Source: a virus (lineage: Duplodnaviria > Caudoviricetes). From it: a DNA stretch of 64,000 nucleotides. The notes below the pieces were generated by a model that was not told the DNA's origin, did no database searches, and saw only the letters and a list, made by a program, of their open reading frames with translations. Of this stretch, positions 36,970 to 47,100 are shown piece by piece. The translations under genes and the position numbers were made by a program. The stretch is taken from IMG/VR virus record IMGVR_UViG_3300021387_001083, positions 1 through 64,000 of that record; one strand, given 5' to 3'. Each line of letters begins with the position of its first letter. Position 1 is the first letter of the stretch.

Positions 36970-39900
36970 TTATCGTTTGTAAAATGGAATTGTTTCTTCA
37001 GGATGCAACATATTATACCAGTCATTATTAAATGGAAATAATGGGCTTTGATAAAATATTTTATATGCCTTTGTATGGCCTTTATAACGTCCTGAACGAA
37101 TCAAATCCTCTTCTTCAGTGGAATAATTGGCAGGATTCAATAGTTTGAATGTATCTATAATACCTTGCCATGTTCTTACATCTGCTGTAGGTGATTGAAT
37201 GATTTTAAACAGTTCATTTGGCAATAACAATGTAGGTGTAATGGCACCAATTTCAGTTCTCATTCTACGTAATTGGTATTCCATCATTTTTATTGCCCAA
37301 GGTCTATCTTTATCGTCATCCCAGTCAATAAGTATAAGTGCAAGTACTATAGCACCAAGTGTTGCCATTTCTGTTGCAGCACGTCTTACATTAGCTTTTT
37401 CTACATCTGTAAGTTCGTCTTTAAAAAGTTCCCAGTTAAACTCGCCATTTCTTATATCACGATATATTTGACCAAACAATCTGCCGACAGTATGATAATA
37501 TCCCTCAGTCCATTCGTCAAGATCAAAATTATAGTCTATACCGCGATATCTTCTGTTTACTGCAGGAACTATCCATTTACGGAAAATCATCGCCATACGG
37601 CCTATTGCAGTGCGTTGAAATGCGTTCATATCCTCAGTATTGTATATACCGTGCAGTCTATGGTTTATTTCACTTACTTTCCTTGAAAAATAATTCGTGA
37701 ATTCCTCTTGTGAAACTTCATTTTCCTTAAGTTTACCATGAGTTTTAGCTTCTTCTTTGGTTATGATTCTGTTACCATTACGGTCATGCAAACCGGTTTT
37801 CATTACAAGTTTGGCACCAAGACCTTGGTCTGTATCACCAAGTGTACCGTCTTCTTGTATAAATTTTCTGTCGTATGCTTCAGTGATTAAAACATCATTT
37901 CCTTCGATATCTTTGAGAGGTTCAGCATCAACCAATGAGAAAAATGTTCTATGTTGCATCCAATGTTCACCAGAATTCGTAGTAAAATACAGAAAGTCAC
38001 TACCGAACATTTTTTGAAACCATTGACGTCTGTCGAAACGGATATCCCTTATTTTACGGTCATATTCTTGCATGATGTTGTATTCATCATCAAATAATGC
38101 CATCATGCTTGTTTTTGCTCTCGAACCTATTTCAAGCATATAGTCAGGTAAATATTTTGCATAAGCCAAATCACCATGAGCAACATTTCTAGTATTAAAA
38201 AATTCCTTGGATTTGGCATCTATATCCATCATTATAACACCTTGGTTTATGTTTGCAAAACCTGCTAAGAAATTCAAAGCTAAACCATTAAGTGATGTCA
38301 GTTTATTTGATAAATCTGCAAGTTTGGATAAATCAAATGTTTGACCGAGAATTGTTATGGTACCTGCGTCAGCAAAATATCGTCCATATACCTGTGCAGA
38401 GAAAAAGTCATCTCTTTGTTGTGATATTCTTGTGCCAGTTTGTTTCAAGGCTTTTTGCTCGAATTCACGTCCCATAAATTTTATTTGTTCAACGATTGGT
38501 TTTCCACCTTCGGTCAGTTGAACTTCTTGGTTTCTGTCAAGAAAATCCCTTGCCACTTCAAGTGCATCAACGATATCATTCATGTTTTTATAGTTCACAG
38601 CCATATAAGCATATGCAGACATTGTTGAAACTATATCTGTCGATACATCATTTACATTGTCACCTCTTTGTATAAGTCTTCCTGATTTTGTAAATGTGTC
38701 TCCTCTGAGTTTTTGGTAATAAATCGGCAATCTGTTTATTGGCGTACTGTCAAATGTAAGGCGTTTTTTTATGAAAGCGTCCCCATATACAATTTCACCT
38801 TCCATACCGAAATCGACATCATCGGAACGTCTTATGACTTCATCTTTTAAAGATTCCACTATAGCTATGCCAGCACCTTTGATATTGCCTGCATCCTTAA
38901 CTCTTTCCACAAGGTCTTTTATAATTACAGGTACTGTATGAGTCTGTTGTCTTGTATTGGGTAGCCAGGAATCGAAAAGTTCTTTCATTTCAACCATTGT
39001 GTCATAGAATTCTTTCATAGCCTCATTGTTTTGAATTCTGTCATATTCAGGATTCAAATACATATCTGAAGGAACGTTGTATTTTGTTTTTTTGTCTTTT
39101 TGCAAGTGTTTGCTGTTCCATTCCTTTAGAGCGACATTTCTTTCTTTTCGTTGTGCTTTTGTCCATTTCGATCTATCTTCGCCGAATCTGTCGTTAAAAG
39201 ACTGTTCAAATTTGTTTTTGTCTATCCTATATTGTCCCCAGTTATATCTGCTGACAAAATTCAATGTGAGGTTTCCTTCATTATCTCTTTCAAATACGAA
39301 TGATTGATCTGTTATGCCAGCTTTTTCCAGTTTAAGACCTGCAGCTATAAGTTTCTTTTGATAGTCTATTGTTTCAAGTCTTGTTTTTGTATTTTGTTGT
39401 TTTACAGCTACTGCAAAAAGCTTGTTCATCCAGTCACCCGAATTCGTCATACTATTAAGCCATCTGTCAAGGAATGATATATCCGTAACAGCTTCATTGA
39501 CGAATCTGTCTACAGACATTTTTTCTCCTTTGTTTTTGCCAAAAGGAACGACAATTTCTTCACCCATAAAAGGTTTCATAAATGCTATGAATAATGGCTT
39601 TGCACTTTTGTCGTAAGCGTGTTCAAGTTCACTTGCAGCAAGAAAAGCACTGTCGACTATTGTCTTTATTTCGCCTTTAAAGAAACCAGTATCTATATTA
39701 TAGTTGGAATCTGTTGATTCTGCCTCATCATCTGCAGCATCTTTGATTTCTTTTAGGACATTTGTATAGCTGTTAAGGTAGTTTTTAACCTCTCTAAGCA
39801 CCTTGCATTTTTCATTTATAGACATATTGGGATTGCTTTCAACTTGTTTGATTCTGTCACTAAGGCTTTTGAAAGTGTTTAATGCTTTCTGCACAAACAT

Positions 39901-41178
39901 TGCTATACCCAAAGCTTGTCTTTGTTCATCGGTATTTTGGTATTTCTCCAATTTTGCAATGAATTCTTTTTCTTTGTCTATAAATTTCTTGTTTGCATAT
40001 GTGTCGTATATTGAAGCTCTCTTTATTTCGGTGTTTATAATTTTCTGTAAGAGCTTTATATCTCTGTCTACACGTTCATCAAGATGAAACAAAGTTCTAT
40101 TTACCTTTATAAGGTCAGACTTTAACACATCAGGATCTGTAAATACACTACTGGAAATTTTTTGGATGCTTGTTAAAGCTTCATCGACTAATTTTTGAAT
40201 TTCATTTTCATCCAGTCTGGAAAATTTTTGCTTAAAGACCTTTTTTAGCCTTTCTGAGAGGTTTTTGACGTTATCAGGCACAATTCCTTCACTCTCCAAA
40301 AAATATTGTCTTATAAGGCTTGTAATCGCTTCATGTGTTAAAGATTCCTTATTCCCATTGTATTTTTCATAATTCAAATCATATTCATCACCAAGAATAG
40401 CTTCTTCAAGATTGTTGTTTGAAATTATATTTACAAGTCTTTTTGCAAGTTCTTCATTCTTTAAGCATTCGTATACGAAATGCGAGAATTCTTCAGGCAA
40501 TTGCTGTTCTCCTCTTGAGCCTTTGGCAATCTTTATTATTGTTTTCAAACCATTAGCACCGTCTACCGCAGCCTTAAAGTCTATTTCGCCTGTTGCCAGT
40601 TCGTCTTGCAAATTGTCATAAGCATATACAGATACACCTGCCCTTTGCAATGCAGCTTTTATTTTATTGTTAAGTTCGTATGCTTTTTTAAAATCATCTG
40701 CAATTTTTCTTGTTGATTCTGAATAAGGTTCTACAGTTATAAACAGTTTGCGTCCTTTTTCGGTAGTAACGTGGTTAAGAATAGCAACGTAATTACCTTT
40801 CAAAGAATCATTGTCGTTGAATTTGATTATTTTTTCAACAGCAGATATATAATTCTCTGTATTGTCGTCAATTTGTCTATCGGTATTTAACTGTTGCTTC
40901 AGGTATTTTTGTATGCTTTCTTCATCCAAGTATTCTGCTAAATCAGTTTCTCTTAAAAGGTCACCAATATTCGGTTCGCCTTGTTCATTCAGTTCCACTT
41001 TCCCTTTCAGCAGTTCAAGATTAGCAGGACTTACAAGTTTAAGATATGTATCCACAACCTTGTTTCGTCTGTCTGGAAATTTTTTAGTGAAGGAAAGCAG
41101 GTCATTGAATAACCTGCTCTCCTCTTCATTATTGGTAACAGCATTTGTCACCATCGGTTTAAGATTACATGAAATCAT
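36970..41178 (-). CDS. Large virion cargo protein co-encoded with the RNAP (degenerate zincin EExxH, helical polyvalent-type C-terminus)
   Basis: 1402 aa containing EQQLPEEFSHFVYE and coiled coils. It starts 2 nt after the RNAP stop. Confidence 0.6.
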   Translation of the reverse strand: MISCNLKPMVTNAVTNNEEESRLFNDLLSFTKKFPDRRNKVVDTYLKLVSPANLELLKGKVELNEQGEPNIGDLLRETDLAEYLDEESIQKYLKQQLNTDRQIDDNTENYISAVEKIIKFNDNDSLKGNYVAILNHVTTEKGRKLFITVEPYSESTRKIADDFKKAYELNNKIKAALQRAGVSVYAYDNLQDELATGEIDFKAAVDGANGLKTIIKIAKGSRGEQQLPEEFSHFVYECLKNEELAKRLVNIISNNNLEEAILGDEYDLNYEKYNGNKESLTHEAITSLIRQYFLESEGIVPDNVKNLSERLKKVFKQKFSRLDENEIQKLVDEALTSIQKISSSVFTDPDVLKSDLIKVNRTLFHLDERVDRDIKLLQKIINTEIKRASIYDTYANKKFIDKEKEFIAKLEKYQNTDEQRQALGIAMFVQKALNTFKSLSDRIKQVESNPNMSINEKCKVLREVKNYLNSYTNVLKEIKDAADDEAESTDSNYNIDTGFFKGEIKTIVDSAFLAASELEHAYDKSAKPLFIAFMKPFMGEEIVVPFGKNKGEKMSVDRFVNEAVTDISFLDRWLNSMTNSGDWMNKLFAVAVKQQNTKTRLETIDYQKKLIAAGLKLEKAGITDQSFVFERDNEGNLTLNFVSRYNWGQYRIDKNKFEQSFNDRFGEDRSKWTKAQRKERNVALKEWNSKHLQKDKKTKYNVPSDMYLNPEYDRIQNNEAMKEFYDTMVEMKELFDSWLPNTRQQTHTVPVIIKDLVERVKDAGNIKGAGIAIVESLKDEVIRRSDDVDFGMEGEIVYGDAFIKKRLTFDSTPINRLPIYYQKLRGDTFTKSGRLIQRGDNVNDVSTDIVSTMSAYAYMAVNYKNMNDIVDALEVARDFLDRNQEVQLTEGGKPIVEQIKFMGREFEQKALKQTGTRISQQRDDFFSAQVYGRYFADAGTITILGQTFDLSKLADLSNKLTSLNGLALNFLAGFANINQGVIMMDIDAKSKEFFNTRNVAHGDLAYAKYLPDYMLEIGSRAKTSMMALFDDEYNIMQEYDRKIRDIRFDRRQWFQKMFGSDFLYFTTNSGEHWMQHRTFFSLVDAEPLKDIEGNDVLITEAYDRKFIQEDGTLGDTDQGLGAKLVMKTGLHDRNGNRIITKEEAKTHGKLKENEVSQEEFTNYFSRKVSEINHRLHGIYNTEDMNAFQRTAIGRMAMIFRKWIVPAVNRRYRGIDYNFDLDEWTEGYYHTVGRLFGQIYRDIRNGEFNWELFKDELTDVEKANVRRAATEMATLGAIVLALILIDWDDDKDRPWAIKMMEYQLRRMRTEIGAITPTLLLPNELFKIIQSPTADVRTWQGIIDTFKLLNPANYSTEEEDLIRSGRYKGHTKAYKIFYQSPLFPFNNDWYNMLHPEETIPFYKR

Positions 41179-41180
41179 GA

Positions 41181-44100
41181 TTAATTCTTACATAAGTTTT
41201 TACTTTTTTCTATTTCTTTATCGATTGCTAGCAGTTGTATTTTAATAGCGTTACGACTTTCATCGTCTTCATTAGCTTCATAATCTGACAACAAAGCATT
41301 TCTTTCGTTGTAAAGTGCTTCTAAATCAGCATCATTCTCTTCAACCTCAGTTGGAGTAGTCTTTATTTCAGGGGTATCTTCATGAGGATCGGAAATATTT
41401 TGCGGTGCTTGTGATGTTATTTGCTGTGTTGTAAATCTAGCTTTAAAAGCCTGTTCATCAGAAATGTCTCGACCGTTGATATCTCTAAATTTCCATCCTT
41501 TAGGAGCTAAAATACCACTTCTAATACCTAATTTCATTGCAGCTTTAATACCAGCCTCATCATAACCAGTTTGTCCACCACTTCTGATAGTCTCTATTTT
41601 AGTTTTTAGATTAGGATGATTTAACACTCTATTGAGTAAGTTATAGACATATTCATCAACTTGCTCTTGGGTGTATTTACCCTTTAAAGTATAGATACCA
41701 TTACCTGCAATATTAAGAGATTTGGCATTTACCTCGTTTAATTGGTCAACTATAGAATTTACTAACTTATCAGTAATTTCTGGATTATTGGTATTAACAG
41801 GAATATATTTTTTACCATTCTCCAAAACAGCTTTTTTAGTAAGTCTTTCTCCAGCAGAGTTAAAATCAACAGCCAAAGCAATAGTAGCGTCAGCTTTGGC
41901 ATTCTTAATGGTTCTTTCTCTATAACCATTAGAAGATTCTTCTTTAAATAAGGGCTCTGCAATAGTAGGTTCTTGAGAAGTAGGCTGACTGGTAAATTCT
42001 TCAAAATTCATAACTAACTGATTGGGGTCATGGTGATATTCCCTCATCAATCTGTTTCTAACTTCCATAAGAATTCTAGGAAACTCAGTACCCCATTTAC
42101 CTTTATCTTGGGTATGAGTTAGAGTAGCATAGCCTGTTTCAAAAAGTTTTTGTCTAGCTTGAGGATTCTGTCTAAAAGACTGTTCAATTAAGACTTCCAT
42201 AGTTTTAGAAGAGATTGCCTCCCAATCTTCTAATATAGTCTTACTACTATAAGAGACCTTGCCCATAGGAATAGTCCTTCCAAGTTTTTTAATTTCTGAA
42301 GGATTTTTAGAAGCAAGTATTTTATCTATTATCTCATTACATTTTTCCTCATTTTTACGTCCTTCTTCACTTTCATCGTTTATATAGTATCCTCTAGCAT
42401 AAGCAGCTTTAATAGCTTGAAATGCTTGCTCTACAGAATCAAATGAAGTACTTGCTAAAAATTCTTCTACTCCATCAGAATCTAAAAATTCCCATTCAGA
42501 TTTTAAATCAAAGAAATCATCATTAGTAAAACTTGAAAAGTCAAAAGGTCTTTCTGCAAAATTACTTAGTTCCACATTCTCTCCAGTACCTGCATAAATA
42601 TTAATAACTTCTGTTTTACTAGGTTCTTTCATGTTATTTTTGTTATTATTTTTCTTTGCAACATATTTTGTATCAATGACATCAACAAGTTCACTAGGAT
42701 TAGATTGAGCATCGTATACAAGAATATGTTTTGCTATACCAAGAGGATTGATTCTATCATATACAAGAGTTTCATCGTCAGATTCATCTTCATTCTTTTT
42801 ATAATAAACATTTTCACCATTGGAAACGATTGTTATATAAGGATGATAAGTGTTTTCAGATCTATTGATACCCTTACGAAGTATCAATTGTTCAGCACCA
42901 GAGCCTCTGACATTTTTGACATCGACAAAAAGTTTGTCTTCAACATTGTATACAGTTTTGCCTTTATCGTTAACACTTGCTATATTTGAAAAGGTTTCTA
43001 TAGGAACTTCAGGCGACAAAGATCTTTCATTCAAATTGTTTAGTATAAACATCTCCAAAAAGCCTGAAAGATTAAAATTGCCTTTTTCCATATTTCTGAT
43101 ACAGTCAATGTAATCACTGTTTACAGATTCTCTTGTAAACGTATTGGCAAGATGTATATATGTATCAGGACCGAAATCCCAAGCCGTCCTTAAACCTGCA
43201 TAGAAAAACAGTTCGTCAGCAAGTTGTCTGATCTTAGGATCTTTCGACTCAAACAAAGAACCCCAATAATTACCTATAATCCATTTAGAACGATTGTTCA
43301 AATGTCCAACGTTCATAAAATTAATTGTCGGCGCATTACAGGATTTTGTTTCTGAAAAAGTTCTTAACCTGGAAGTAAACATGTTGTTTTTGAGTTCAGG
43401 CATTGTCATACTCATGGTTTTGAATTTAAATGGAAAATCATATACCCATTTTCTTAAAATGTCTGCTTTGGTCAATACTTTTCCTGTCACAGGGTCTTTT
43501 TTGCCTACTTCATAAACTTTACCGTCAATGTCTGTATAGCTAGAATAATAATTGTTTTCACCACCGAAAGCAGTAAATACATAAAGTCTTGAATCCCTAT
43601 AAAATCTGTTTACTAACTTTGGACTTAATTTGCCGGTTTTAGTAATAGACCTTAACTGGTCAAGCAATTTCGGATACTGACTGTTAAATTCAGGAAAATA
43701 ATCCTTGAACAATACATTGGCAGATTCAATACCAAACGTAAACGACGCTTGTATGGCAGGGAAAGGTGAGTCGGAAAACATACTTAAAACTTCATCAGGA
43801 TTGCTGTCAATAAGCTGCATTATCCTGTCAAGCATGTTTACACGGACAATTGACCTGACTCCTGTCAAAGGATACGATTTTGCTTCGGAATCTTGTAAAA
43901 TTTGTCTTGCTACAGCAATCCTGTTCTCGGTAGTAGCTATATCAGGACCAGCAGCACCAGCAGAAGTATCTGCTTTACAGAACTTTACAATATCACCTAA
44001 GACTTTTGCTATCTTAAAGATATTATAATAAAGTTCTCCCATTGCAACTTGATCTTGAATATATTTATAATGTTCCTCATTATTAAGTTGATTGAGTTCC

Positions 44101-47100
44101 AATCTTCTTGCCTGAAGTTTATTATGAAACATATTAGCTTTAGTCCAAGTATAACCACCAGCTTTAAGTTTGTCAAACGAGAAAGATTTTTGATCCTGTT
44201 CATTTAACATATTTTTCCATCTATAAAGAACTGTGGTTATTGCTGATTCTTTACTTTTATTGCCTAAGTTATCAAAATACTCTTTTGTCATTTCTCTTAC
44301 AATAGGCTGTGTAAGTAACAGGTTTGTAGCATACTTATCATGACCAATTCTAGAGTTTGTGATTGCAACGTCAGCAGTAAAAGTATTCTGGTTCGTATCA
44401 GACAGAGTAGGGTCTTTAACGTCATCTACAGAACTGTCGACATGCTCAGATACATTTTTCGAAATGACCACATCGTGAGCACCAATCCTTTCATGTAATG
44501 AGTTATTTTCCCATTCGTCGATTTTGTATACAAACTCAGGTTTTATTGCAACATTGGTATGCTGCAGCAAAGCGTGATTTACACTCTGGTCAGCATTAAT
44601 GCCGATCATCATACCTGAAGATGAAATTCTGGAATGGTTCTTAACCCAAACAACAGGTGACAATGGATTGTCAACTGTTTTGTACTTGTCAAGTATTTTA
44701 TCCAACTCTTTGAGATCTAAAGTCTCAATTTTTTTGAAAAGATCTTCATCGGATGTTACATTAAATTGTTCTTTTAAGGCTTCAATTTGATCTAAAGGAA
44801 CGTTTTCTGAAAGTCTTACAACACGAGCAGATTTCTTTTGTTCATTAAAACCACCTGGATTCAACAGTTTACCCATTGTTTCGGAGTTTGTAAGTATACC
44901 AAAGACAAAATCGAGTATAATGTTGTTTCTTGCTTTACGAGCTTTCTTAAAGTCTTCATTTTGATCCAAAGCAGATTTACTGAAATCGTATTGTATCTTT
45001 CTCACCTGACCGTCTTCGAGAGTCTCAAGACCAGGAAGCATAAGATACAAGTGGTCAATATCAAAGTCAGAACCTGAAATAGTAACCCAATCAGCAGGAA
45101 GGATTATCGATGAACCTAAAGATTGAGGTAGAAAACCCTTTATTTTTAAAGGTAGCATTGAAAATTTATCTTCAGTAGGAATTCTGAATCCTACAATGTT
45201 AAGCAATTCATCACGATACTCTTCAGGAATGTCTTCAATTTTTAAAATACCGTTTTCGTCAGTATGTAAATATTGCAATAAGTCTGAATTATATACAGGA
45301 AGATAGCATTCTGCATAGGCAATATGACTTTTTGGATTTCCTGTAACACTGCCTTCTTCAGATTTCTTATAGGCTTCAAAAGTCTTGTATTTGTCTTTCA
45401 TTGATTGATTTTCATTGAATTCCTTTTCATTAAGAATAAGTTCACCTTTTGAATTGGTAAATCTTATTGCAAGTTCTTCATCATAACCGAAAGCTGAAAT
45501 CTGTACAGCACTACCACCATCAATCTGTTGTTTTGTCACATTATTTTTGATGATGCTGTATAACAGACTTTGAACCTTCCTACTTTGAACAGGATCTCCC
45601 AAAGGTATGTTGAAATATTTTTCACCAGTTTCGGGGTCGGTGACAAGAGTACACGCCTCCAAAAGATCTGGAGAAAATGTAGCACTTGACATAACTTGGT
45701 CTTTAAGTAATCTCTCAAGACTTTCAATATCAGTAAATTCATCTTTTACCGCTTTAAAGTCCATCATTATGTTTGCTGTACGTACATAATGATAAAGTCT
45801 TTTTGCATCTTTGAATGGTAAGAGTTTTTTACCAGTTTCTTTGTCTATTGTAAAAGCTACAGGAACACCAAAGATATTTACTGAATCTCCAGCAAAATAA
45901 GACATACCAGGAATTTCAACCAAAGTGTCATCACTTATATCAGCAGTGATTAACTTTGTTAACTGGGTACCAAGCAACTGTGTCTTATCAAACAAGTGTT
46001 CGGGATTTGGAGTCTGAATTACATAATCATGTAAATCAAGAGTATGTACAAATTTGGGATCTGCTTGTACTAAATTATTCAGTTGAGACACAATGGTCTT
46101 TTTTGTCTTGTTAAAATCACCGGTATCTTCAACAGAACTTAAGTCTATGACATGGTTAGCACCATCTTTAATTGCTGAACTGAAAACATATACGTCAACA
46201 TTGTCACCGCCAAATTCATTTAAAGCAGAAAGAACAGGAGAAGTATTTGCCATAGAAGCAAGCTGGGCATACATTGTAAGCAATACTGTTTCAGAAGTTT
46301 TTATCTGTAACGGTGCTTTAAAATGATGTTCGTTTCCAGCAGCATCCGTCCAAGCTATATCTTGGTCTGTATATACATACGGTTTTATAGCATTATAGAC
46401 AGTAAGAAAATCTTGCATATCAAACTCACCTTTCATAAATCTTTGATAGGATTCTTCTTTCTGTTCGTTCCAATCATTAGACATTATAGCAATCTTTCTA
46501 TAAGAAGATAATTTTCTAAATGATTGTGCATCAGTAATATTGTTTCCTTTATAAAGACTTAATGCAAGTTTTCTTTCAGCAGGATTCTTCAAATAAATGT
46601 TAAGTGTTCTTTCAATATCTTCATAAGAAGGAGAAGGTTTTTCTGAATCTTTTAAAAATACTGCTTTTTGATAACCGTCAGAAACTTTTTTACCGTTCCA
46701 TGTGGCATTTACATTCAAACGCATACCAGGAGCATGAAATTGTTTTGCTCTTTTTATCCATTCTTCAAGATTTTTATAGAAAGCAAGATCTCCTGTAATC
46801 AATTCGATCATTTCAGCTTGTGCATACATGGAATTGTAAAAGAATTCTCTAAAAGCTTCTGTAGTAGGATCTGTTTTGTTTATATTATCTTTAGCATTAT
46901 TTATCATATTGCTTATTGATTCACTTTCCTGATAAAGATCACCAAGATAATCCAAAGCTGGTCTGACAACACTGATTATTTTTGTGATTTTGTCCATATT
47001 TACATTGGAATAATCTATGTTGTTTCTCAAAACATAAGCAGTCTTGTCCTTATTTAGCACTATATAGGGTTCTAGAAAGTTATAGAGAATGTTTTCGATA

